A stretch of DNA of 64,000 bases. It comes from Eledone cirrhosa (taxonomy: Eukaryota). A model generated the notes under the pieces. It was given only the letters and a program-made list of their open reading frames with translations, was not told the DNA's origin and ran no database searches. Location of the stretch: contig OZ024741.1 of assembly GCA_964016885.1 (NCBI GenBank), positions 277,140,001 to 277,204,000 on the forward strand, in the 5' to 3' direction. The translations under genes were made by a program, and so were the position numbers. Shown here in pieces: positions 11,426 to 24,280 of this stretch (positions are counted from its first letter, which is position 1; each line of letters begins with the position of its first letter).

Positions 11426-13533
11426 ATGGCTACGAAAAAGAATTTTCATAGGTCACTCCCACTCATTCCGTCTTCTTCTTCCTCAATCATCACTACAGCA
11501 GAGAGAAGATTGTCTCTCTCCCTCCCTTCTTTAAATGTGTCTCTCTCCCTCCCTTCTCTTTCGCGAGCGACGACAGAAAAGAAAAGTCTCGTGCAAAGCG
11601 TGCAAGATTTCTCCACGACGACGACGACAGCGACGAAACAGGTGTGCGGGAAATACGAAAACCCATTTCATTCGTCTGACGTCAGGAATAATAGCAGTAG
11701 CAGCCGTAATAACAACAGCAACAGTGACAATGAAAACAACAGTAGCAGCCGCAACAGCATCACCAGCAGCATAAACAACAACAGCATTAGCAGCAGCAAC
11801 ACCAACAACAACCACAGCAACAGCGGCGGAGGCAGTAGTCGTAGTACCTGCAGCAACAACAAAAGTAACAGCAGCTCTGACGACAACAACAACAACAGCA
11901 GCTAAGAAAAACCAATCTCATTTGCAGGTATTGCGAAGAACCTGGAAACAATCCTCATAACAAATGAGGAATTAGAGGAAGCGAAGAAGATGGTGACAAA
12001 GACTGGACACCGAGCAATCTGCAAGGCAGCGGAAAAATTTTTCGAAACCCAACAGCACTGTACGGTCACGTACCGTACAGTAAGTACAAAATCCCGTAAG
12101 GTTGAAAGAGCCACAGAGGCTCAAATACAAAAAGCCTTGGGGTTTGTGTGGCAGCGGAAAACGCACATCACCCGAGGCAAAAAATATGCCACCGTAGACG
12201 TACTTTTTGCCACACCCCAGGAGGCAAAGGCTCAATCCGTAGTGACCCTAAGGAGCGAGGAAATGTTGTTGGTGCCCTCCTACTGCGGGCAAAAAATTGT
12301 GAGGGTCAAACTGACCCACGTCCTCTCCGGGATGGCCCCTTCTTGGCTGGCCGCGTCTGTCCTCGTCGGAATCGAGGACAAAACAACTGTACTGCAAGTA
12401 CAGAAAAAGTAAGAGAAGATTGGGTCGGCACCTCCATTGAGATGCTAATCCAAACCAACCAGGAGTGCATCGAAGCTATCCCGGATGTGATAGACTTCGA
12501 CAACGGCACTCAACTGCCCATAAGTGTTGAGGGCAAACGCCCGAAATGCTTTCGCTGTGGATCGAAGACTCACCTCAGGGCCTTCTGCAACGAGAAGACC
12601 CTGAGAAAGGAGAACCCCCCCCCCCCCTCCCTTCCGAAACCGGCTCCACGGCTACCAGCAACAGGACAAGCTGCAACCAGGAACGATAGGTCCATGGCAC
12701 TCATACCCACGCCACGGAAATCAAAAACAGCAGCAGCAGTGGAAATATTAACAACAACAACAGTAATACCAAATGCAGCAGCAACAGAGACTCCAGTGCA
12801 AACATCACCAACAATAACAAGTGAAAGAGTGGAGCTGGTACCCCTCCCCGACCTCACAGAATCAGACATGGAGTGTGAGGTGGGAGAGGGATGGCAAAAG
12901 GTCGTAAGAAGGCACAAACGCAGAAGCAGCGCATCGTCGCCTTTGAAAAGGGAGGAAAGAAATGAGAAAAGGGTAAAGTCTACTGCAAAGAGACTCACAG
13001 CAACAACACCACCAACACCATCACCACCCACACTAGCACCACCATCACCACCGGCGACAACCCCACCGCCAACAACACTTTCAACACCACCACCACAAGC
13101 ACCAACATCGCAAACACAACAACAAAACACACACACCCAGCAAAAACGACAAGAAAATAGCAGAACCACACCCCACCCCCAGAAAAACAAATGCACGGCA
13201 ATAAATACACACAACAAGAAACTAATGACTTACATAATTGAACACACGGACATTTCACAACACGACTACATAATACCAGCACCAATCAAAACGCCAACTA
13301 ACATAAGACTGCTAAAAATAGCACAGAAACAATACACAAACATTAAAACGAAATTCCCCAACGCAGTTGGTGATTTCAGGGACCTAGGAGGAACTATCAA
13401 TCGAAGAGTATATTCGGACATACTCATAGAAGAGCCGACGACCAGCCGAAGGGACCATTCAACGGTCCCTTCACCAGACGATCAAGTGAAAAGGGATGTA
13501 AAAACCATCCCTCCTCTACGAAAAGTACGGTAA
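11426..13533 (+). pseudogene. Tx1-like ORF1 (Asn/Ser-rich N-terminus, zinc knuckle, Pro/Thr-rich tail), frameshifted
   Basis: Segments 11426-11905, ~11905-12412 (KPISFAGIAK..VDVLFAT) and ~12410-13533 (ISVEGKRPKCFRCGSKTHLRAFC). Confidence 0.75.
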
Positions 13534-13568
13534 GTGGTCTTTCCCATCTTTTCCACTCTATTTTAAAC

Positions 13569-16500
13569 ATGACCTCACTCAGAATAGGCAGCATAAATGC
13601 GCGTGGCTTGGGGTCGTCATGGAAGCAGGGTCACCTGCTCAACGACCTCAGGTCACAAAACATAGATGTAGTGGCCATCAGCGAGACCAGAATCTCCGAA
13701 GCACGGGCCTTCGCACCGATCTTCCGCGGCTACGATGTGTACGCATCTCCTAGCCGTCCTGGATCGGGGGGAGGAGTTGCTGTGCTTTTTCGGAGAGGTT
13801 TGGATCTCGCCATACGGGCCATTTTCCTGGACCCAGAGGGTAAGCTGGTGGTGCTGGACGTGACCAGCGGAGACGGGCAAGCTTTCAGGCTAGTGGCCGT
13901 CTATGCCCGACAGGAGCAGGGCGGCCTGATTTCTTCCGGCGTCTGGAGACCTTTCTTGGAACGTCCCGCTCTTTAGTGTTAGTGGGCGACTGGAACGGGA
14001 TCTTAGATGCACGCTGAGACTATGTGGGATTAGCGGATAGGGGTGGAGGGTGCAAGAGCCTCACCAACCTGCTCAGGCGTTTTGAACTGTCTGACAGGTA
14101 CCGATTGGATTTCCCGAATGTGCCAATGTGGACTTGGACAAATCGTATAGGGTCATCCAGATCATATCTAGATAGAGTATTTTGTAGGGAAATAGATAGG
14201 TCTAGCATAGGCTGTCCACAATTCAAGATAGTCAGCTACACGGACCACAAATTCGTGATCTGTGTGCTTGACTTAGATAGGCTTCATAGACGAGGACCCG
14301 GCTACTGGAAGCTAAACGCGTCCTTACCAGCGCGCAAGGCCTACAGAGACCGGATTAGCGAACTAGTTAAGCGGGCGTTGACGGGGGCCATCGTCAACAA
14401 CAAGTGGTGGTTTGCTCTGAAAAGAGCGATTAGAATAGAATCCATTAGGTTTAGTCAGGCTTTAGCAATAGAGAAAAATAGAGCATAGGGAGAACTAGTT
14501 AGAAAATTAGACGAGGCGCTTAGCAAAGGCATTGCGATCGACGTGCTTGCGGCGAAATTGGCTCTCGACCAATTTTTCAATGCAAAGCACGAAGGCTGCG
14601 TTGTCAGAGCAAGGTTGCGTGCTCTCAGACACGAGGGGACGAAAGCCGTTCAATGGGCCCGAGTGGCGGAGGCGCGTCGTGGCAACAAAGCCACGATCCG
14701 GTCTTTGGTGGACCACGACGGGCGCATGCTACTCGATCCCGGGCAAATGTGTGAAGCTTTTCAGCGACACTTCGCTCAGCTGTTCGGGAGCAGCGGTGGG
14801 CCGGGTCGAGGGATGGACTTTAGTGTCTACCTCGACGGACTGCCGCGGCTCTCGGCCACTGAGGCGAAGTGTTGCGAAAAGCCGATAACAGCCGCTGAAG
14901 TAAGGGAGGCAATGACAGGCTGCACAGGGGTAAATCGCCTGGTTTGGATGGTCTGCCCTATGAACTTTACGTACAGATGCCAGACTTGTTCGGAGGCCTC
15001 TTGGCGGACGTCTACTGCAACTGGCAACAGAACGGGTGAATTCCCAGTTCTGTGAGCCGAGGAGCGGTGGCACTGCTGAGAAAGGATCCGAACAAGGGGG
15101 ATAACATAGATAATTTCCGGCCCATAACTCTGCTAAACACAGAGTTCAAGATTTTGGCCAAGGTGCTAGCAAAGAGGTTGGCACGGGTGGGTCCTTGATC
15201 AATTTAGATCAGTCGAAAGCTTTCGATAGGGTCGACCATCGTTACCTAGCGGCAGTCCTGAGGGCGGCTGGCGTTGGGCCCGTCTTCAGAGGCTGGATCG
15301 CTGCCATGCACAGCGACATCTGCTTTATGGTGAGAGTGAACGGTCACCTGTCGGAACCGTTCAACATCATGCGCTCGGTCCGCCAAGGATGTCCCCTCTC
15401 GTCCCTCTTGTACGTATTGACTCTCGAGCCATTACTGCACAAACTGGAGACGTTGAGGGGCGTCCCGCGCGAACTAGGATGCGGAAGATCCGTGTCAGCA
15501 TATGCGGACGATGTCACCGTAGTGGTGTCGAACGCCAAACACATCGAGGCGATCGGCACTACACTAAGAGAATACGAAGCGGTGACAGGAGCAATGATCA
15601 ACCAGGAAAAGTCAGTGGGCCTGCAGCTCGGCACCTGGAGAGGCAGGTCCATGCCGTCCAACAGCGTCGTCGGACGCTGGACGGACGGACCTGTTAAATT
15701 GCTAGGGGTCTGGTTCGGTCCGGACCTCCAGACGGACAAAAACTGGGACGAGGTGACGAGCAGGGTGGCTTCTCTCACCCAGAAATGGGCGGAGAGGAAG
15801 CTGTCCCTGAAAGGTCGAGCGGAGGTGGCTAACGCGTACATCGCGTCTGTCATCTGCTACCGCCTGGCCGTCGTACCTTGTCCTAAGTCTCGCCTGACTG
15901 CGCTGGAGCGTTTGCTCTTTCGCTTTTTGTGGAAGGGACGCGCTCCGATGGTCAGGCGATCCATCTGTTGTCAACACCCGCTACGTGGAGGGCTGGGCAA
16001 GCCGTGGCTGATGATGCGCAGGCACGCGCTCAGGCTACGACATCTCCACCTCTTCCTCGACGGTGATCAGGTGTGGTCGCCGTTTGATAGACACGTATTT
16101 CCCCAGCTCGTTTCCTTGACGGAGCTGCAGTCCTGGGTCAAGCGAAGACCGAGAGGGAGCGCCTGGAAACTGGAATGTCTTCAGGTGCTAACAGCCCTCG
16201 ACCAATCGGGCAATGTGATCGGTGGAAACTCCACCTCGGCGTTCTATAGAGGATTAGTGGAGGGGAAGAGCGACGACGTACTTGGGGAAACTCTAGGCGT
16301 CGACGAAAATCAACTAGCCAATCTCTTCGGAAGAACTTTCGGGCCGGGGCCTATGGACAACTTCCAGAAATCTCTGGCCTGGCAGTGCTACCGAGGAGCC
16401 TTGCCAGTTCGGGATAAACTCTACAGGCATGGAGGTGCCGTCAGCCGGGCATGTCCGAAATGCGCGCAGGGCGACGAAACCGTCCTGCACGCACTCGTCC

Positions 16501-16867
16501 AGTGTCCGAAAATTGCTGACTGTGGGTTTATGTCGAACACCTGCTGTCGCGTTTAGGACGGATCCGGCTATCATCTGAGTCCATCGTGAGGATTGCCCCG
16601 CCCTCCTCCTTTAGCCGGGAAGGGCAGGCAGTTTTTATCTGTCTGGTGGCCATGGTGAGAGAGATAGTATGGTGGACACGTTTGAAAGGGCTGAAGACGA
16701 GCACTTACCTCTTCGGTGATGCTCTGATTGACTTTTTCAAATTTCATTTGAAAAGGAAAATCAGAGTAGAGAGGGAAGTGCTCTCTTCCCAGCATTTTGT
16801 TGAAAGATGGGTGAGAGAAGCAAGAATGGCCCGAGTGAATGGGCCTACTCTGAGTATATGTCTGTAA
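13569..16867 (+). pseudogene. Tx1-like ORF2 (AP endonuclease + reverse transcriptase) with frameshifts and an internal deletion near 15190
   Basis: GSINARGL, ISETR, YLDRVF, YTDHK, YWKLNAS, LDQSKAFDRVDH, QGCPLS, YADD, CPKC..ETVLHALVQC. Confidence 0.92.
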
Positions 16868-17179
16868 ATTAAAGGTGGAAAACTGGGAGAGGGCACCTGC
16901 CTTGGTGGTCAGGGTCATTGTGGCCTTTTACTGGGCTTTCTCCACAAATGTCCCTCCGAAGTCTCCCCACTATTGGGGAATTTTTCATTGTTATTTTTTG
17001 TTACATCCTCTGTTTTTGTTTTTTACACGCAGAAATGCCCATTTGTACCGTCCTGCATTGTCCTGCACTGTCCTTAATGTCTACTTTATGTAAACCCTTG
17101 TGGTTAAGAAAGAAATCATTAATTAATAATTATTAATAGTGTATTATTACTATTATTATTATTATTATTATTGTTCTTT

Positions 17180-20100
17180 GAGTCTCAGTCATTGATGTTA
17201 GTTAACTGGAAAGTTTGTTGAAATGAATATTAAGCCACTACCTTCAGCCTCAGATATTCAGGACGTATCGGAGGGTTCTTTCTGTTCCCAGCAAGCATGC
17301 CTTTTGAAGCGTTCCAAAAACCGTGAAGGGGCCAATTTTCTTTAACCATCCCTGGAAACTTTTTGAGATAGTACCTCGTGCGCCTATGACAATCGGGACC
17401 ACTTTGACATCATGGCAGTTCCAAATCTTTTTTACCTCCCACTTTAAGTCCTGGTATCGGTTAATTTTCTCCCTCTCCTTCTCTTGCATTCTCGTGTCGA
17501 ATGGGCAGGCCACATCCACAATTAGGAACGATCTTTTTTCCTTGTCCAAAACCACCAGGTCAGGTCTATTGTGTTCCAGTTTCTTGTCCGTCTGTATCCT
17601 AAAATCCCACAGCACCTTCACCTGATCGTTTTCTATCACCGACTCTGGCTTATGCTCATACCACTTCTCAGAATGTGGTAAATTGTTTACTTTGCATAGG
17701 TGCCAGTGGTTCACCATGTCCATCACATCATGTCTCCAGCCCTTATAGTGAGTCTGGGCTAGGTGTTTACACTCGGATACAATGTGAGCCACAGTCTCCT
17801 CTCTCTCTCCACAGATTCTGCACAGTGGGCTAGCCTCCTCCTTGTAAATATGGTGTTTCAACCACTTCGTTTTGAGGGCCTGCTCTTGCGCAGCCATTAG
17901 CATTCCTTCTGTAGCCTTTTTAAGGTCTCCTCTTTTCAACCAGTTCCATGTCTGTGGATCTCTGAATTCAGTTTTCTCAAAGAAGGTACTATGAAGGGAT
18001 TTTTCCTGAAGGCTGCTCTTTCTCCTTGTTGTTATTTCCTCCTTGGACATCCCCTGGTCTATTGTCCTCTCCTTCAGTACAATTCTGAGCATTGGTTCCT
18101 TACTATCAGTCACGTATTTGTGTAGGTTGTTTTTCTCCATCTGAACACAGTCCTCTATGCTGATAAGACCTCTTCCACCTTCAGATCTCCTTAAGTAGAG
18201 TCTATCGACATCACTCCTCTTGTGGAACATGTTGTAGATAGTCAATAGCTTCCTAGTCTTCCTATCCATTTCTTTTTGTTCAGCAACATTCCATCTCAGA
18301 ATTCCCGCACTGAACCTAATAATAGACACAGCTCGGGAATTTACTGCACTTATGGCATTCCTAACACCCAAATACTTGTATCTTTCTTCAGAGTCAATTT
18401 CCTTTATCATCTCACCTGTTGGTACTTGGATTCCGTTACTTCTGCTCAACTTACCCCTCTTCCTCACAAGGACTCCACACTTACTAATACCAAATTGCAT
18501 ACATATATCATTGCTGAAAATACGGACAGTGTCAACAAGCACATCCAACACCTTCTCACTCTTCCCGAAGAGCTTAAGATCGTCCATGAAGAGGAGGTGA
18601 TTGATGGTAAGCTCTCCCTTTCCCAACTTGTATCCTGCTCTCACTTTTCGCAGTATAATGGTCAGAGGCATCAGGGCAAGGACAAACAACAGAGGGGACA
18701 GACTATCTCCCTGGAAGATACCTCTCTTGATCTTCACACCTCCCAAGGATTCTCCAGCTGATGTTAACTCTGTTTTCCAGGACTTCATACTTTTGCCCAA
18801 CAACTGTCTGATGTTATCTGCCACCTTGAAGATCTCTAGGATTTTGGTCATCCAAGAATGAGGCACCATGTCAAATGCCTTTTTGTAGTCTATCCATCCC
18901 ATGGCAAAACCAGTGTGTCTCCTCTTGCAATTCCTCATTACCATCTTATCAATAAGTAACTGGTCCTTTGTACCACGGGACTTCTTTCGGCATCGTTTCT
19001 GTTCGTCCGGTAACAAGTTGTTTGTGTGGAGGTGATGGTAGATTTCCTCAGACATAATGCTTGTCAACAGTTTCCACATTACGGACAGACATGTGATAGG
19101 TCTATAGTTGGTAACATCATTACCCTTGATTCGGTCTTTCATTACCAGAACTGTGGTACCTTTTGTCAACCACTCTGGTACCTCACCTGACATCAAGCAG
19201 TCATTGAACATGGTTGTCAGTTTCGGGTGGAGGGATGTTATATTTTTAATCCAATACCCCTGCACACCATCTGGGCCTGGTGATTTCCAGTTGGTTAGTT
19301 TTTTGGCCTGCCCCTTAAGAATTTCAACTGTGATACTCAAATCAGTTTGTTGGTGTGCCTGTTCACTAATCTCCTTCTGTACTGTTTCAATCCACACTGC
19401 CTGGTCATTATGTTTAACATCTTGCTCCCATATTCCTCTCCAGAATGTCTTAGTTTGTTCCACCTCAGTGATCAAGTCGTTGTCTCTTTCTTTCCCTTCA
19501 AGCTGTCCAAATAACATCTGGTTGTTGTCAAACATGCGGTTCTGTTTATACTGACTGACTGCTCTCGTATCGCCTAATTTTTGCACTCTTTGCTACGATG
19601 CGTTGCTTCAGTTCCTCTATGATATTGTTTAGCTTTTTCCTCCTAGTTTTGTACTTTATTTCCAGTCTATTTTTAGTGTCTATGTTTTTTAGTGTCCCAT
19701 TCAGTAGGGACTCAAGCTTTCCAATGTAATTTCTCATTTTCCTGATTTGACCATTCAGTCGTTTCTTCCACCAAGGTTCTGATCTTTCTTGTTTGTTGTT
19801 TCGTCTCGCTTTTATGCCAAGTAATTTCCTCACCGCATTTGCTGTTGCTTTGAGGATATTGTTGCACTGGTGAAGGCTCCTCGCCTCAAGACATGGGATG
19901 ACTTTGTTTACCTTAGCTGTTGTTTCTTTTAACTTTTTCCTATCTACAAATCTTAGGTTCATAGGTTTCCCACTATCATTGTTCAATTCATCTACCACTA
20001 AGTTTAGGATATCAACCAAATCTTGTCCTAGCCCGTCAGCATTCATCTCCTCAATGGCCGTATCTCTGCTCCAGGTATTATTTATTTCAGCATTCAGATC

Positions 20101-20687
20101 GTTGTCTGCTTCGGATGGTTCCTCCGTTCTCTCGACCTCTTCACCTTCATTTCCCACTGGCTCGTTTGCCTGGCATACTCCACTCTCCATTTCCAACCTA
20201 ATCTCTCTGCTCAGTTCCTCCAGTTCCAGCTCGCTTATCCACCCATTAGTTCCCTGCCAGGCCAATTTTTGTTCATCTAATTTAAATAGACCAATCTCGT
20301 TCCAGATGTTATGCATCCGTTTCCTATAGCCTTTCTCCTTGGGGTTACTCTTCAGGTAACATTGCATAACAGTTCTATTCAATTCTTTCGTCCAGTTGGT
20401 TCTGGTCTCTTTCCTTCTTCATCTTCCTCCGACACCAGCAGTATTTGGTTGACAGCCAGGTCCCTGCTGCTGAGTCAGGGAGCACCTGCTGGGTGAGAGT
20501 CTGTCACATGACATTCCAGTCTCCACTTCACCGTTATTCGAACTGTTTAGGTTCGACATTTAAACACTCTTATCAAGGATTGGTGAATGTATGGTTACAT
20601 AACCACCGGTGATTTCATCACCCCCGGTGATTTTAGTGTGGCACTATCACGCTGTAGACGAACATAAAAATAAACAAACAAACAAAT
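17180..20687 (-). mobile_element. R4/Dong-clade LINE, copy A (full length, disabled)
   Basis: ORF pieces 20538-19546 and 19586-17250: WKSPGPDG, YRPITCL, WIDYKKAFD, QGDSLSP, FMDD, CRIC..HIVSEC, RHD, RPDL; 3' end runs into (TAA)n; 33-aa in-frame deletion relative to copy B. Confidence 0.92.
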
Positions 20688-20711
20688 ATTATTATTATTA
20701 TTATTATTATT

Positions 20712-23700
20712 TGAGTCTCAGTCATTGATGTTAGTTAACTGGAAAGTTTGTTGAAATGAATATCAAGCCACTACCTGCAGCCTCAGATATTCAGGACGTA
20801 TCGGAGGGTTCTTGCTGTTCCCAGCAGGCATGCCTTTTGAAGCGTTCCAAAAAGCGTGAAGGGGCCAATTTTCTTTAACCATCCCTGGAAACCTTTTGAG
20901 ATAGTCCCTAGTGCGCCTATGACAATCGGGATCACTTTGACATCATGGCAGTTCCAAATCCTTTTTACCTCCCACTTTAAGTCCTGGTATCGGTTAATTT
21001 TCTCCCTCTCCTTCTCTTGCACTCTCGTGTCGAATGGGCAGGCCACATCCACAATCAGGCATGATCTTTTTTCTTTGTCCACAACCACCAGGTCAGGTCT
21101 ATTGTGTTCCAGTTTCTTGTCCGCCTGTATCCTAAAATCCCACAGCACCTTCACCTGATCGTTTTCTATCACCGACTCTGGCTTATGCTCATACCACTTC
21201 TCAGAATGTGGTAAAGTGTTTACTTTGCATAGGTGCCAGTGGATCACCCTGCCCATCACATCATGTCTCCAGCCCTTATAGTGAGTCTGGGCTAGGTGTT
21301 TACACTCGGATACAATGTGAGCCACAGTCTCCTCTCTCTCTCCACAGATCCTGCACAGTGGGCTAGCCTCCTCCTTGTAAATATGGTGTTTGAACCACTT
21401 CGTTTTGAGGGCCTGCTCCTGCGCAGCCATTAACATTCCTTCTGTAGCCTTTTTAAGGTCTCCTCTTTTCAACCAGTTCCATGTCTGTGGATCTCTGAAT
21501 TCAGTTTTCTCAAAGAAGGTACTATGAAGGGATTTTTCCTGAAGGCTGCTCTTTCTCCTTGATGTTATTTCCTCCTTGGATATCCCCTGGCCTATTGTCC
21601 TCTCCTTCAGTACAGTTCTGAGCATTGGCTCCTTACTATTAGTCACGTATTTGTGTAGGTTGTTTTTCTCCATCTGAACACAGTCCTCTATGCTGATAAG
21701 ACCTTTTCCACCTTCAGATCTCCTTAAGTAGAGTCTATCGACATCACTCCTCTTGTGGAACATGTTGTAGATAGTCAATAGCTTCCTAGTCTTCCTATCC
21801 ATTTCTTTTTGTTCAGCAACATTCCATCTCAGAATTCCCGCACTGAACCTAATAATAGACACAGCTCGGGAATTTACTGCACTTATGGCATTCCTACTGT
21901 TCAGATGTGACTTTAATACGCTTTTTACTCTCCGAATGTATTCAGTTCTTATCAATTCCTTCATTTTTTTGTTCTTGATGTCATCAGCCTCCATAACACC
22001 CAAATACTTGTATCTTTCTTCAGAGTCAATTTCCTTTATCATCTCACCTGTTGGTACTTGGATTCCGTTACTTCTGCTCAACTTACCCCTCTTCCTCACA
22101 AGGACTCCACACTTACTAATACCAAATTGCATACATATATCATTGCTGAAAATACGGACAGTGTCAACAAGCACATCCAACACCTTCTCACTCTTCCCGA
22201 AGAGCTTAAGATCGTCCATGAAGAGGAGGTGATTGATGGTAAGCGAACTTGTATCCTGCTCTCACCTTTCGCAGTATTATGGTCAGGGGCATCAGGGCAA
22301 GGGCAAACAACAGAGGGGACAGACTATCTCCCTGGAAGATACCTCTCTTGATCTTCACGCTTCCCAAGGATTCTCCAGTTGATGTTAACTCTGTTTCCCA
22401 GGACTTCATACTTTTGCCCAACAACTGTCTGATGTTATCTGCCACCTTGAAGATCTCCAGGCTTTTGGTGATCCAAGAATGAGGCACCATGTCAAATGCC
22501 TTTTTGTAGTCTATCCATCCCATGGCAAAACCAGTGTGTCTCCTCTTGCAATTCCTCATTACCATCTTATCAATAAGTAACTGGTACTTTGTACCACGGG
22601 ACTTCTTTCGGCATCGTTTCTGTTCGTCCGGTAACAAGTTGTTTGTGTGGAGGTGATGGTAGATTTCCTCATACATAATGCTTGTCAACAGTTTCCACAT
22701 TACGGACAGACATGTGATAGGTCCATAGTTGGTAACATCATTACCCTTGATTCGGTCTTTCATTATCAGAACTGTGGTACCTTTTGTCAACCACTCTGGT
22801 ACCTCACCTGACATCAAGCAGTCATTGAACATGGTTGTCAGTTTCGGGTGGAGGGATGTTATATTTTTAATCCAATACCCCTGCACACCATCTGGGCCTG
22901 GTGATTTCCAGTTGGTTAGTTTTTTGGCCTGCCCTTAAGAGTTTCAACCGTGATACTCAAATCAGTTTGTTGGTGTGCCTGTTCACTAATCTCCTTCTGT
23001 ACTGTTTCAATCCACACTGCCTGGTCATTATGTTTAACATCTTGCTCCCATATTCCTCTCCAGAATGATTTAGTTTATTCCGCCTCAGGGATCAAATCGT
23101 TGCCTCTTTCTTTCCCTTCAAGCTGTCCAAACAGCATCTTCTCGTTGTTGTCGAATATGTGGTTCTGTCTATACTGACTGACTCTGTTCTCGTATCGCCT
23201 GATTTTTGCACTCTTTGCTACAATGCGTTGCTTCAGTTCCTCTATGATAATATTTAGCTTTTTCCTCCTAGTTTTGTACTTTATTTCCAGTCTATTTTTA
23301 GTGTCTATGTTTTTTAGTGTCCCATTCAGTAATGACTCAAGCTTTCCAATGTCATTTCTCATTTCCCTGATTTGACCACTCAGTCGTTTCTTCCACCAAG
23401 GTTCTGATCTTTCTTGTCTGTTGTTTCCTCTCGCTTTTATCCCAAGTAGTTTCCTCACCGTATTTGCTGTTGCTTTGAGGATATTGTTGCACTGGTGAAG
23501 GCTCCTCGCCTCAAGACATGGGATGACTTTGTTTACCTTAGCTGTTGTTTCTTTTAACTTTTTCCTGTCTACAAATCTTAGGTTCATATGTTTCCCACTA
23601 TCATTGTTCAATTCATCTACCACTAAGTTTAGGATATCAACCAAATCTAGTCCTAGCCCGTCAGCATTTATCTCCTCCGTGGCCGTATCTCTGTTCCAGG

Positions 23701-24256
23701 TATTATTTATCTCAGCATTCAGATCATTGACTGCTTCGGGTGGTTCCTCCGTTCTCTCGACCTCTTCACCTTCATTTCCCACTGGCTCGTTTGCCTGGCA
23801 TACTCCACTCTCCATCTCCAAGCTAATCTCTCTGTTCAGTTCCTCCAGTTCCAGCTCGCTTATCCACCCATTAGTTCTTATTACCCGAGCCTGCGCGGCC
23901 AATTTTTGTTCATCTAATTTAAATAGACCAATCTCGTTCCAGATGTTATGCATCCGTTTCCTATAGCCTTTCTCCTTGAGGTTACTCTTCAGGTAACATT
24001 GCATAACAGTTCTATTCAATTCTTTCGTCCAGTTGGTTCTAGTCCCTTTCCTTCTTCTTCTTCCTCCGACACCAGCAGTATTTGGTTGACAGCCAGGTCC
24101 CTGCTGCTGAGCCAGGGAGCACCTGCTGGGTGAGAGTCTGTCACATGACATTCTAGTCTCCATTTCACCATTATTCGAACTGTTTAGGTTCGACATTTAA
24201 ACACTCTTATCGAGGATTGGCGAATGTATGGTTACATAACCACCGGTGATTTCATC
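20712..24256 (-). mobile_element. R4/Dong-clade LINE, copy B (same family as A, frameshifted)
   Basis: ORF pieces 24196-23075, 22886-22206 and 22219-20783, near-identical to copy A; (TAA)n on both sides. Confidence 0.92.
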
Positions 24257-24280
24257 ATCATTATTATTATTATTATTATT

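Larger units (their letters stand above)
11210..17130 (+). mobile_element. Near full-length L1/Tx1-clade LINE (copy 1) between (TTA)n tracts
   Basis: ORF1 with CCHC knuckle, ORF2 with APE + RT + C-terminal Cys motif; begins right after (TTA)n at 11186-11209 and ends in an A-rich tail running into (TTA)n. Confidence 0.9.

Noticed and set aside
17323-23966. Plus-strand ORFs of 100-160 aa repeated in both Dong copies
   Set aside because: Antisense shadows of the LINE ORF, repeated only because the copies are near-identical
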